The translations under genes were made by a program, and so were the position numbers. This document shows, piece by piece, positions 19,700 through 29,618 of a stretch of DNA of 64,000 nt. A model generated the notes under the pieces. The model saw only the letters and a program-made list of their open reading frames with translations, was not told the origin of the DNA and made no database searches. Source of the DNA: a virus. The stretch covers positions 32,001 to 96,000 of the IMG/VR virus record IMGVR_UViG_3300017917_004503; one strand, 5' to 3'. The stretch's first letter is position 1, and each line of letters opens with the position of its first letter.

Positions 19700-22255
19700 A
19701 TGGATTTTATAAACCAAGTGAAAAAATTAAAAGAGCTAACTAAATCACCTGAAGTTAGACAAATCTGCGAGAAATATCTTAGCGGATCAAATGAGGTCTC
19801 AAAGGAACAGGTAGAGGCCGTTATTAATGAACAAGCTACTCCTGATGTTAAGAATCATTGGGATTCGATTGCTCAAGAGCAATTACAGGCTTCTAAAAAA
19901 GCCGCTCAAGCTCTTATGGAATCTTGGGGAGGTTTCGGAAGAGGATCTTCGAATTCTGGTTCTTATAAACCTTCGGTTAAGCAAGAAGAAAACACTTCAG
20001 CTCTTTTAGAGAATCTTAATACTATATCGATTGAAGATAACAACGCTAAATCTTTTGTTGAAGCTCAGAACTTAAAAAATCTTGGGATCTTAGAATCTAT
20101 TAACAAGATTAAAGGACTTTCTATTTCTGAATATCCTAAAGTTAAAATAGTTTGTGAGCAATACTCTAACTTAATCGTTAACAAAAACATTCCTGAGTTT
20201 TCTTTAATCAATGGATTTATCTCTGAAATGGAGTCTTTTAAATGGGACGTATCTATATTACCAGTCATAGAAAATCTAAAAGAAAAATCTTCTAGATTTT
20301 CAAGAGAAATCGAAGTTGCTAAAGTTATCGAATCTATAAAAACTAGTGGATCAGCTTCTTTTTATTCTGACTTGTCAGAATCGCTAAATTCTTGGTTAAT
20401 CTCTGAAAATAAATCCTCTGGATTATTAGCAAAAGAAATTAGTAAATGGTCTTTCAATCCTGTCGTTAGAAATCTAATCAATTTCTTAAATGCTAATGAA
20501 GCAAGTAACACATCTAAGCTGGAGTTACCTGTGAATGCTCAAAACGAGTCAAGGGTTTCTAGAATTTTTTCACCTATTTTAATCGAAGGTGAGACTACAT
20601 ATTTCACCGCAGGAAAGAGTATCTTCCAAATTAAAGATAGCTCGATAAAAAGATTAAATGAAAAAGAGATCGCTTCAGTTCCAGGAGAGTATATTTCTTT
20701 GGTTAACGCTTGTTTAAAACCTTATGTTCAAATTTCAGAAAGCGGAGTTAAAATATCTCTAGGTAAGAAATCTGTTAGCATTATCGAAGAGAAAGAAGAT
20801 GTTTCAGTTTATCTTGGTAAATCTAGATTAAACTTTAGATCAGTTGCAGAACTTGCTAAAATACTTGGTCTTGAATCTAGCAGCCATTTCGGAGTAAATG
20901 AGTCACAAGTAGTTGGAGATATTCTTAACATCTATACTAACTTCAGAAATATAGTAGAGCTTGATTTCGCTAAAAACATTTCGTCTAATATCTACGAAGG
21001 TGTTTCGGTTAATCTTATTAAATGGGATAATAATATCTTCTTACAGAGAATAAACGATGCAATGAGAGAAAATTCTGTTTATAAAGTTAATGGATCTCAA
21101 GCCGTGAAAATGGTTAAAGATTTCTTAAGATATGACATATCAGAGGGCTTAACTGAATTCTTGGATGGAGAACAGAAGATCAAGTCTATTATGGTAAATG
21201 ATAGAACTAAGGTCCTTGAAAACATCTCTCGTGTTGAATCAGAAGTTAACAAACTAGAGACATTGATGGAAAGCAATCCTCTTTATGCTGCTTCAAAGGA
21301 AATAAAATCAGCTCATGGATTATTAACCAGTGAACTTTCAGTTCTTAGAGAAAAATGGAATCAGATTAATCTTGAGATCTCTAAGATAGAATCAGAACCT
21401 AATATAGTATCAGATCTTTTTGAAGATCAAAAATTCAATATTGGCGATCTAGTTAAAATTAAAGAATCAGGTGAAACCGGAAAGATTATTTCTGTTGATG
21501 GAAGTTCTGGCAGATATACAATCCTTTTAGACAATGGAAGAACTTCGGATTACATGGTTAATGATATAGTTGATCTTGAAGAAGCATTAGCTCAAGCAGC
21601 AGAAAGAAACGAAGAAAAAGCTGGTGAAGATAGATCAGAGGAAGAAGGATCAGAAGAAATGAAGGAGTCAAACAACCTCAATAAATCTAATCTTTCAATC
21701 GAAGAACAGAAAAAACTTTTAAAAACTTTTTCAACAGGTCATTCTTTTTCTAAAGCTCCAGAAGACGAGAACGAAGAAATAGAAATGGAACTTGATAGCT
21801 TACATGGATACAATGTAACTATGAATGAAAAGAATCAAACAACAGCTAAAGCACCAGGCGATAGTAAATTAGAATCAGGTAAAGATGCTAATAAAAAGAA
21901 TCTAGCAACTGCACCAGGATCTCATAAAAAAGAAAAGGCAAAGGCTGAAGGTGAAGATTTATTAAGCGATAATGCACCTGAAACTAAAAAGAAAACCGAA
22001 TTTGATGGTAAAGATGCTGAAGGATCTAAATATGAAATCGGATATAACATCAGAGAAGGTAAAGCCGAAGACGAGGGTAATATGGTAGAAGCTCCTGAAA
22101 AGGGGAAAAATGCTAAAGAAACAACTGCTAAGGGTAACTTAGAAAAGATGATGAATTTGGCCGAGGCTCCAGGTAAAGAAGGTAATATTGATTTCGAAGT
22201 AAACGATGAAATGGGATATAACATTCAAGAATCCGACGAAGTAAAAAAAAACTAA
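19700..22255 (+). CDS. Large putative prohead core/internal protein with KOW/SH3-like domain and repeated acidic C-terminal cassettes
   Basis: GATATATA at 19669; many [ILM]-x-E sites; FNIGDLVKIKESGETGKIISVD; ends in slippery A9 run. Confidence 0.55.
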   Translation: MDFINQVKKLKELTKSPEVRQICEKYLSGSNEVSKEQVEAVINEQATPDVKNHWDSIAQEQLQASKKAAQALMESWGGFGRGSSNSGSYKPSVKQEENTSALLENLNTISIEDNNAKSFVEAQNLKNLGILESINKIKGLSISEYPKVKIVCEQYSNLIVNKNIPEFSLINGFISEMESFKWDVSILPVIENLKEKSSRFSREIEVAKVIESIKTSGSASFYSDLSESLNSWLISENKSSGLLAKEISKWSFNPVVRNLINFLNANEASNTSKLELPVNAQNESRVSRIFSPILIEGETTYFTAGKSIFQIKDSSIKRLNEKEIASVPGEYISLVNACLKPYVQISESGVKISLGKKSVSIIEEKEDVSVYLGKSRLNFRSVAELAKILGLESSSHFGVNESQVVGDILNIYTNFRNIVELDFAKNISSNIYEGVSVNLIKWDNNIFLQRINDAMRENSVYKVNGSQAVKMVKDFLRYDISEGLTEFLDGEQKIKSIMVNDRTKVLENISRVESEVNKLETLMESNPLYAASKEIKSAHGLLTSELSVLREKWNQINLEISKIESEPNIVSDLFEDQKFNIGDLVKIKESGETGKIISVDGSSGRYTILLDNGRTSDYMVNDIVDLEEALAQAAERNEEKAGEDRSEEEGSEEMKESNNLNKSNLSIEEQKKLLKTFSTGHSFSKAPEDENEEIEMELDSLHGYNVTMNEKNQTTAKAPGDSKLESGKDANKKNLATAPGSHKKEKAKAEGEDLLSDNAPETKKKTEFDGKDAEGSKYEIGYNIREGKAEDEGNMVEAPEKGKNAKETTAKGNLEKMMNLAEAPGKEGNIDFEVNDEMGYNIQESDEVKKN

Positions 22256-22410
22256 GTCGTAATTTTTACTTCGCACCGAAAGATAAGAATCAAAATTCAC
22301 CGGGACAAAAATTTGTAGATCCTATAGAAGGTAGAATGAGTAAAGCTCCAACAGGAAAGGAATCTGAAGAAATAGAGACTGATTCTGATTCACAGGAAGA
22401 TTCTAAATAA
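22252..22410 (+). CDS. -1 frame extension (52 codons) of the 851-aa protein via A_AAA_AAC
   Basis: Open frame LSRNFYFAPKDKNQNSPGQKFVDPIEGRMSKAPTGKESEEIETDSDSQEDSK*, carrying the same AP motifs as the upstream C-terminus and ending just before a terminator. Confidence 0.6.
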   Translation, partial: LSRNFYFAPKDKNQNSPGQKFVDPIEGRMSKAPTGKESEEIETDSDSQEDSK

Positions 22411-22419
22411 TTTTAACAT

Positions 22420-22452
22420 GAAAAGAACGTAAAACCTACGTTCTTTTCTTTT
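22420..22452 (+). terminator. Intrinsic terminator
   Basis: GAAAAGAACGTA-AAACC-TACGTTCTTTTC hairpin followed by TTTT. Confidence 0.75.
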
Positions 22453-22481
22453 GAAATAAAATCCACCTTTAGTAGTATAAT
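22453..22481 (+). promoter_or_regulatory. Putative middle promoter GAAAT-N18-TATAAT driving gp55
   Basis: Matches the recurrent bipartite motif; 22 nt before ATG 22504. Confidence 0.6.
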
Positions 22482-22503
22482 TATTTAAAATTATTGAATT
22501 TTA

Positions 22504-22863
22504 ATGGCTAAGGATTACGTAAAAAATAGCGATCTAATGGTTGCTATAATAGAATCAAAAAAAGCAGGCAAGCTAACACCCGATGCCATTGCTATGTTTG
22601 GACTTATGATACAGGGAATATCAAAGAAAATGGCATATAAGGATCCAGAAGATAAAGAGGACTGTATGGCTTTTGCTATGGAGGATCTTTGCAAATATTG
22701 GGATAGATTTAATCCTGAAAAATCAAATAACCCTTTTGCTTATTTCACACAAATTGCAAAAAATGGATTTGCAAAGGGATGGAAAAAAATACATCCACCA
22801 AAAAGTCCAAAAACTATACCGTTTAGTCATATTACAGGAGAAGATAACACATATAACATCTAA
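22504..22863 (+). CDS. Late-transcription sigma factor (T4 gp55-like), short form
   Basis: YVKNSDL and FNPEKSNNPFAYFTQIAKNGF gp55 signatures. Confidence 0.85.
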   Translation: MAKDYVKNSDLMVAIIESKKAGKLTPDAIAMFGLMIQGISKKMAYKDPEDKEDCMAFAMEDLCKYWDRFNPEKSNNPFAYFTQIAKNGFAKGWKKIHPPKSPKTIPFSHITGEDNTYNI

Positions 22864-22865
22864 AG

Positions 22866-23351
22866 ATGACCGATATTAAAAAGGTAAAACCTAATGGAGA
22901 GTATAAGTCTGGTTTATATGAACCACAAAATCCAGAAAAGTACATAGGAGATATTCACAATATCATATTTAGATCGTCTTGGGAATATAGATTTTGTGTA
23001 TACTGTGATACTAATGAATCAATATTAAAATGGAGTTCAGAACCTCTTAAAATACCGTATTACAATCCTCTGGATAAAAAGGAACATGAATATAATGTTG
23101 ACTTTTATGTCAGAGTTTTAAAAGAATCTGGTGAAGAACAAGAGTGGATCTTAGAGATTAAGCCCGAAAGACAAACAAAAAAACCGGTATTTGAAGGAAT
23201 AACTACTTTACAGAAACTGAAATCGTATAATCATAATATGCAGATCTGGATTACGAACCAATCTAAGTTTAAAGCTGCAAAACACTGGGCTGAGAAAAGA
23301 GGTTTTAGATTTGGTGTCGTTGATGAAAATTTCTTATTTAAGAGTAAATGA
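22866..23351 (+). CDS. Head completion nuclease (gp4-like, TnsA-like fold)
   Basis: PQNPEKYIGD..NIIFRSSWE, KWSSEP, IPYYNP.D, VDF, EIKP, N..KF.AA. Confidence 0.85.
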   Translation: MTDIKKVKPNGEYKSGLYEPQNPEKYIGDIHNIIFRSSWEYRFCVYCDTNESILKWSSEPLKIPYYNPLDKKEHEYNVDFYVRVLKESGEEQEWILEIKPERQTKKPVFEGITTLQKLKSYNHNMQIWITNQSKFKAAKHWAEKRGFRFGVVDENFLFKSK

Positions 23352-23947
23352 TTCCATATTCACAGGAGGTGCTTCAGTATAAGAATTCGTATAAAAATTT
23401 ATCTGAGGTTGTTAGTAAAACTAACTCTAAATTTTCAGAAAAGTATTATAGAGATGCTAAACCCGAGAAACCCTTCTCTCTACCGTTTATACCTGGTCAA
23501 ATTTATAGCTTTTTCTATAAGACAACAAGCAAAATAACTCCGGAAAGAACTTTTATAAACAGAAATCCTGTTGTTCTTTGTACTGAATCTTTTCAAAACA
23601 AAGAAGGTGAGCTTATACTCAAGGGTATAGATTTAATAACAGTTCCTCCTGATTTGAGAATGATTATTCTTGAAAGAATTTATAACAGTTTCTATTATAA
23701 TATAAACCCAGGTTCCTACGAGAACCCAAAACCTATATTGCTTAATCACGAAACATTAAAGAAAATACTTACAGACACTGGATACTCGAGTTCATTATTT
23801 GGTTTTAGAACCAAATTTTTTGGTGAAATCTTTACCGTCGATGTTAAAGATTGGATCATGTTACCCTATCTAACAGAATCACTCATAGAAGGCACGAATT
23901 TACAAGGGATATATACGACATATAAATCGAAATTAATCCGAGAATAA
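23348..23947 (+). CDS. DNA end protector (gp2-like)
   Basis: PGQIYSFFY, P.VL, G.DL...PP..R, DW...LP; follows gp4 as in T4-like genomes. Confidence 0.6.
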   Translation: MIPYSQEVLQYKNSYKNLSEVVSKTNSKFSEKYYRDAKPEKPFSLPFIPGQIYSFFYKTTSKITPERTFINRNPVVLCTESFQNKEGELILKGIDLITVPPDLRMIILERIYNSFYYNINPGSYENPKPILLNHETLKKILTDTGYSSSLFGFRTKFFGEIFTVDVKDWIMLPYLTESLIEGTNLQGIYTTYKSKLIRE

Positions 23948-23962
23948 ACACTAAAAAGAAGA

Positions 23963-25561
23963 ATGGCCGGTTTTGTAAATAATAACGATCCCCAACAGTC
24001 ACCAGTAATTACCAGAATTAGAGATTCTGTGAGAAAGCTGAGCACTTTCGGGATGAAGTATGATGATATGGTCATACGAAACTCTCAGGCAGTTGGTGTT
24101 ACTGAAGCAGCATTCTTAAACAAGAATAAATCCAATGTTGAGGATGAAAGTATGCTATGGACTCTTGCGAAGCAAGATATTACATCAAAGCAGTATGTTT
24201 CATATTTCGATAAAGATTATAAGGGTAAAAGAGATTACCTAAGAAAATTCTCTCTTAATCCTGAAATAGAATGGGTTTTAGACACTGTGTGTGATGAGAC
24301 TATTTCTTACGATCCTGCCAATTTTTTTGCTTATCCTGATTTTTTAGACCTGTCAGACATCAACGAAAAACTAAAGGATTCTCTTTATGAGACGTATCGA
24401 AAACTATATGATGTTTGGGGATTCTCTGATGATATAACTGCATGGCAGTATTTTAGACAATTCCTCGTTGATGGATTTCTTTGTTTCGAAATTATCTATG
24501 ATAATGAGGGAAAGAATATAATAGGATTTAAAGAATTAGATCCTGTTACTATAGTACCTAGCGTAGAAAAGCAAGTAGACGGAAGTTTTTTAAATACCTG
24601 GACCCAATTTCCACAGGATCCAAGAAGAAGACGTGTTCTATATGATCCCCAGATTATTTATATCTCGTATGCTAAGGGCAATTCAATTTCCAGAATAAGT
24701 TATATCGAAAGATTAATTCGTCCTTATAATATCCTTAGAATCATCGAATACACCAGAATTATCTGGTCTGTTATGAATGCTTCTTTTAAATTGAAGATGA
24801 CTGTTCCTATTGGTACTAAATCCCAACAAAAAGGAATGCAAACTCTAGGAGAATTAATGAGCATCTATAAGGAAGACGTTCAATTGAATGATGAAAGTGG
24901 TGAATTGTTTATAGACGGAAGACCTAAAATTCAGTTTTACAAGAATTACCTAATGCCTTCTGGAGTAAACGGAACGCCAACAATTGAACCTTTAACAACA
25001 GAGGGTCCAAACTTAAATGACCCTGCTCCTTTATCATATTTCTTTGATAAGTTTGTACAAGAATCTAAGGTACCTCCATCAAGATTCACTGGTCCAGATG
25101 GAACTAATGCTTCGACCTACACAAATGCTGCTGAGGGATTGGATAAAGAGGAGATTAGATTTGCTAAATTTGTAGAAAGACTTAGATCTATATTCCAGGA
25201 GATATTAACTAAACCTCTGTGGATACAAATGGCTAAAAAATATCCTGAGTTAGAGAAGGACTTTATGTTTAAGAGCCAGCTAGGTCTCGATTATTTTTCA
25301 GATAACCCGTTTAAAATAAACCAAGAAATTGAAGTAATTAATAAAAGAAAAGAATCAGTAACAGCTATGTCAGGTTTACTTGATGATGAGGATAAACCCT
25401 TTTTCTCAGTTCCTTTCCTAATTGAAAATTTCTTAGGAATTTCTAGACAGGATATTGTAGCAAATAAAGAAGCCAAAGAAAGGAAAGAGAAGGAGAAAAA
25501 GAAAGATAGTAAAAAAGATGAAGGCGAAAAAGAGGGTGGAGAGGAAAGCATAACTTTATAA
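23963..25561 (+). CDS. Portal protein (gp20-like), copy 1
   Basis: PEIEWVLDTVCDE, FRQFLVDG, LDP, SYIERLIRPYNILRIIE, VPPSRF, EEIRFAKFVERLRSIF; GATATATA at 23908. Confidence 0.9.
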   Translation: MAGFVNNNDPQQSPVITRIRDSVRKLSTFGMKYDDMVIRNSQAVGVTEAAFLNKNKSNVEDESMLWTLAKQDITSKQYVSYFDKDYKGKRDYLRKFSLNPEIEWVLDTVCDETISYDPANFFAYPDFLDLSDINEKLKDSLYETYRKLYDVWGFSDDITAWQYFRQFLVDGFLCFEIIYDNEGKNIIGFKELDPVTIVPSVEKQVDGSFLNTWTQFPQDPRRRRVLYDPQIIYISYAKGNSISRISYIERLIRPYNILRIIEYTRIIWSVMNASFKLKMTVPIGTKSQQKGMQTLGELMSIYKEDVQLNDESGELFIDGRPKIQFYKNYLMPSGVNGTPTIEPLTTEGPNLNDPAPLSYFFDKFVQESKVPPSRFTGPDGTNASTYTNAAEGLDKEEIRFAKFVERLRSIFQEILTKPLWIQMAKKYPELEKDFMFKSQLGLDYFSDNPFKINQEIEVINKRKESVTAMSGLLDDEDKPFFSVPFLIENFLGISRQDIVANKEAKERKEKEKKKDSKKDEGEKEGGEESITL

Positions 25562-25562
25562 G

Positions 25563-27215
25563 ATGGCAGGATTTTTAGATCTATTTAAACCAAACGAATC
25601 TGCTTTAGGTAACATTCTTAGAAACCTAGGCAAAGTCTCCAAATTTGGGATGGAGTACGATGATATGGTTGTTCGTAATTCTCAAGCAATAGGTAAAAGC
25701 GAAGGATCCTTTTTTAATCAGCAGGGGACTGGGTTTACTCAGGATGATGCTTTTTATTGGACTCTTTCTTATCAGGATACGAAGGTAAGAAAATACATAG
25801 CTTATTTTGATAAGGATTATATTGAAAAAAGAAACTTTCTGAGAAAATTTTCACTCAATGGTGAGATAGAATTTATTTTAGATACTATCACTGACGAATG
25901 TATAACCTATGACGATAGAAATTTTTTCGCAAATCCTTCTTTCATAAATCTTGATTTGAAAGAGAAAATTCTAAATAAAATAACTTCACATTACAATCGC
26001 CTTTATAACATTTTTGGATTTCAGAATTCTATTTTGGCTTGGCAATTATTTAGACAGTTTCTTATTGATGGATTTTTAGCTTTTGAAATAATATACGACA
26101 ACAAAGGAAAAGAAATTATTGGATTTAAAGAATTGGATGCAACCTCTTTGCAGCCAGCAGTAGAAAGAGTTGGTGAAAATGAGTACAAACAATTTTGGAT
26201 TCAATACCCAAAGAATCCTCAGATGACTAGAAAACTCACTAATGAACAGGTTATCTATATTTCTTATGCCAAGGGTAATAGTATTTCCAGAGTTAGCTAT
26301 ATAGAAAGATTAGTAAGATCATATAATATTTTGAGAATCATGGAGAATTCCAGGGTAATCTGGAATGTTATGAATGCTTCTTATAGATTAAAGTTTGTAA
26401 TACCAACTGGAAGCCAGTCTCCTCAAAAAGCTATGCAAACATTAGGACAGTTAATGTCAAATTATAAAGAGGAGATAAGCATAAATGATGCTTCTGGTGA
26501 ATTGACTGTAAACGGAAGACCTAAAGTCCAATTTTACAAAAATTATTTATTTCCTGAAATGAATGGACAATCTCCACAAATTTCATCACTAAATCCTTCC
26601 GGTCCTGATTTTAACGTTATGGAAAATGTTGTTTACTTCTATAATAAGTTAAAAATGGACTCTAAACTTCCTTATGCTAGATTTGCAGCTAGAAGTGCAG
26701 GTCCTTCTAATTATAAGGTAAGTATTGATGCTCTTGAAAGAGATGAGATACGTTTTGAAAAGTTTCTCCGTAGATTGAGATCTATATTTCAAGAAATTTT
26801 GGTTAAACCTCTTTATATACAAATGTGTTTAGATTTTCCTGAATTATCTAGAGATAGAAGCTTTAAGGTTAATCTTGGATTAGATTTTCACAGAGAAAGT
26901 GAATTTGAAGAAATGGTTCAGCTTTCGAATTACACTAAAAGAAGTGAATTTATCAAAGGACTCTATGAATTTAAAATTAAGGCTGGTGATGAGGAAAAGC
27001 CATATTTTGATAATGACTTTCTAATTCAGAGATTTCTAGGTCTGACTCCAGATCAGATTAAAATGAATGAAGAATATAAGAAGAAAGAGGAAAAACAAGC
27101 ACCACAAGCTAAACCTGCCAGTGGAGAAGGCGAATCACCAGAAGGAGAAACGTCAACCCCTCCAGAGGGAGAAGCTCCAGAGGGAGAAGCTCCGGAACCA
27201 GAAGTAACACTTTAA
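25563..27215 (+). CDS. Portal protein (gp20-like), copy 2
   Basis: Same motif set (FRQFLIDG, SYIERLVRSYNILRIME, RDEIRFEKFLRRLRSIF); full length. Confidence 0.9.
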   Translation: MAGFLDLFKPNESALGNILRNLGKVSKFGMEYDDMVVRNSQAIGKSEGSFFNQQGTGFTQDDAFYWTLSYQDTKVRKYIAYFDKDYIEKRNFLRKFSLNGEIEFILDTITDECITYDDRNFFANPSFINLDLKEKILNKITSHYNRLYNIFGFQNSILAWQLFRQFLIDGFLAFEIIYDNKGKEIIGFKELDATSLQPAVERVGENEYKQFWIQYPKNPQMTRKLTNEQVIYISYAKGNSISRVSYIERLVRSYNILRIMENSRVIWNVMNASYRLKFVIPTGSQSPQKAMQTLGQLMSNYKEEISINDASGELTVNGRPKVQFYKNYLFPEMNGQSPQISSLNPSGPDFNVMENVVYFYNKLKMDSKLPYARFAARSAGPSNYKVSIDALERDEIRFEKFLRRLRSIFQEILVKPLYIQMCLDFPELSRDRSFKVNLGLDFHRESEFEEMVQLSNYTKRSEFIKGLYEFKIKAGDEEKPYFDNDFLIQRFLGLTPDQIKMNEEYKKKEEKQAPQAKPASGEGESPEGETSTPPEGEAPEGEAPEPEVTL

Positions 27216-27288
27216 TTTTTTATGTCCATTTAATCAATTTTTTTTTCGCGAAAAATTCATTTACTTTTGCTTAAAATAAATTGAAAAA

Positions 27289-28638
27289 ATGATAAACGAA
27301 ATTAAAACTCTCACTCTTTTAGAAGGTCTAACTGGTGAAGGCTCACAGAAAGCCAAACAGGAACTAATAAAAACCAGAATCAATCCCAGACTTTCTTTCA
27401 TCTTGGATGTCTGTTTCAATCCTTTCGTAACAACAAAACTTCACAAATTAAAATTTATTGATTCACCCATCGATTCTCCTTACAGAGAATTTTCTGACGA
27501 TGAACTTTGGAATGAGTTTAAATCGTTAATTGATGATTTGAAAAAAGCACCAGCAGCAAACGATAATCTTCGATCAAGAGCACAGCAACTGATATCTTAT
27601 CGTTTATCTGATGTTGAACAAGAAGATTCAGAGGTAAGAAAAAACCTCATGAAGATTCTAACCAAGAGAATGAATATTGGTATTGGAGCTAAACTTATCA
27701 ATAAAGCTGTTGGTAAGGAATTGATTCCTGATCCTTCATTAATGCTTGCGACCGATGATCATGAGACTATAGAAAAATGGAATTCAATTTATTGTGAAGA
27801 AAAATATGATGGTGTTAGAGTAATAGCTATCTATAAAAATGGTGAATTCTCTTATTTTACTAGAGCTTTTAATGAACTAGATTCGTCTTGTTTCCCTAAG
27901 ATTACTTTCGATCTTAAATTATGTATGATAAATTCTGGCCTTTCTGGCAATTGGTTTTTTGATGGTGAATTAACAGATTTAAATCGTAAATCTGTAAGTG
28001 GAAAGGTAACACAGATTCTTAAAGGAACGGTAGATCATAAAATAGAAGAAGGAATGCTTTTTAATGTTTTTGATTTTGAAGAGCTTTCGACACTAGATAA
28101 AGGTCACGGTGTTATAAACTATGAAACCAGACGTCACACTCTGGAAAAAGTACTTCAAAGTTTAGATTCTTCTTCACCTGTAAAGTTAGCCCAGATGTGG
28201 AAATTAAATGATGCTTCTGAGGTATCTTCCATTTATAAAAAAATAGTAGAACTTGGCGGCGAAGGAGTTATTTGTAAAGATAACGGTATCTATGAATGCA
28301 AGAGATCTAAATCTTGGGTGAAATTTAAAGAAGTTAATGATTGTGATCTTGAAATAGTTGGTTGGTATCCGGGTGAGGGAAAAAGAGAAGGTTTTATCGG
28401 TGGATTCTTTATGACAGATAGTTCTAAAACTCTTCAAGTAAAAGTTGGATCTGGCTTTACTGAAAGCGATCTTAAAAATCTAAGTACAGATCCGGATTCT
28501 TATATTGGTAAAATCGCAGCCGTTCAGTATAATGTTACGATTACTGATAAACATAACAATAGATCTCTTTTCTTACCTCGTTTTATTGAAATTAGAAGTG
28601 ATAAATCAATAGCCGACGATCTTTCAACGAAATTCTAA
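27289..28638 (+). CDS. lig: ATP-dependent DNA ligase
   Basis: EEKYDGVR, FDGEL, FNVFD, EGVICK, KRSKSWVKFK, VKVGSGF, LFLPRF; TACTTTTG at 27262. Confidence 0.95.
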   Translation: MINEIKTLTLLEGLTGEGSQKAKQELIKTRINPRLSFILDVCFNPFVTTKLHKLKFIDSPIDSPYREFSDDELWNEFKSLIDDLKKAPAANDNLRSRAQQLISYRLSDVEQEDSEVRKNLMKILTKRMNIGIGAKLINKAVGKELIPDPSLMLATDDHETIEKWNSIYCEEKYDGVRVIAIYKNGEFSYFTRAFNELDSSCFPKITFDLKLCMINSGLSGNWFFDGELTDLNRKSVSGKVTQILKGTVDHKIEEGMLFNVFDFEELSTLDKGHGVINYETRRHTLEKVLQSLDSSSPVKLAQMWKLNDASEVSSIYKKIVELGGEGVICKDNGIYECKRSKSWVKFKEVNDCDLEIVGWYPGEGKREGFIGGFFMTDSSKTLQVKVGSGFTESDLKNLSTDPDSYIGKIAAVQYNVTITDKHNNRSLFLPRFIEIRSDKSIADDLSTKF

Positions 28639-28673
28639 GAAACAAGAATTAAAAATTCTACTAAAAATCCAAT

Positions 28674-29618
28674 ATGATACAAGATTTATTAACAGAAAAA
28701 CTAAGACCCAAGGAGCTAAAACATATGATTTTACCTCCTAGAATTTATAAACAATTTGAATCGGGACTTAATCAAAACGTGCTTTTAAGCGGTCCTCCAG
28801 GATGCGGTAAAACAACTCTAGCCAAGATACTTGCTTCACAACTTCCTTATCTTTTTATTAACGTTTCTGATGAAAGCTCTGTGGAAACGATTAGAGTTAA
28901 AATTAATGATTTTTGCTCAACTATATCTGTACTTGATGGCAAATCTTCTAAAAAAATTGTAATCCTCGATGAGTTTGATGGTGCATCGGATCAGTTTTAT
29001 AAAGCTCTAAGAGGAACTATTGAAAAATTTGCTTCTAATGCCAGATTTGTAGCAACTTGTAACTATATAAACAAAGTTCCTGATGCGATTCAAAGCCGAT
29101 TTGAAGTTATCGATTTTAATCCTGTAAGTTCAGAAGAAGAAGATTTGTTAAAAATGGAGTGGAATAAAAGAGTTAAACTGATCCTGTCTAAACTTGGTAT
29201 TTCCATTGAAGATGTATCCCTTGAAGAATTTAGAAGAAATTATTATCCAGATTTCAGATCTGCACTTAATAAAATTCAATCCTGGATGATAGAAGGAGTG
29301 AAAGTTGTAGATTCTGCTAAAATCAACGAACTTGGTTGGTCCTACGAAGATCTTTACATGATGATAGCCACGTCTAAAGATCCCGTTCAAAATTATCAAA
29401 GTATCGTAGGAGAATATCAAGGCAAAGTTGATGAGGTTATGTCAGCTTTGGGCGGCGAGTTTATAGATTGGATAATCAAAAATCATCCAGATTTAAAGAA
29501 GATCATTCCTGGAGTAATTGTTTTAGTTGCAGACCATCAGGCTCAAAGAACCCAGGTTATCGATCCTATGGTTTCTCTTCTTTCTTTAGTTTTTCAAATC
29601 CAAAAACTTATTTCTTAA
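28674..29618 (+). CDS. Clamp loader large subunit (gp44/RFC small-like AAA+)
   Basis: EKLRP, GPPGCGKTT, ILDEFDG, ATCNY, IQSRF, YPDFR. Confidence 0.92.
   Translation: MIQDLLTEKLRPKELKHMILPPRIYKQFESGLNQNVLLSGPPGCGKTTLAKILASQLPYLFINVSDESSVETIRVKINDFCSTISVLDGKSSKKIVILDEFDGASDQFYKALRGTIEKFASNARFVATCNYINKVPDAIQSRFEVIDFNPVSSEEEDLLKMEWNKRVKLILSKLGISIEDVSLEEFRRNYYPDFRSALNKIQSWMIEGVKVVDSAKINELGWSYEDLYMMIATSKDPVQNYQSIVGEYQGKVDEVMSALGGEFIDWIIKNHPDLKKIIPGVIVLVADHQAQRTQVIDPMVSLLSLVFQIQKLIS

Noticed and set aside
22866-23351. TnsA transposase of a Tn7-like element
   Set aside because: Motifs and gp55-gp4-gp2-portal context match T4 gp4; no tnsB/tnsC or transposon ends
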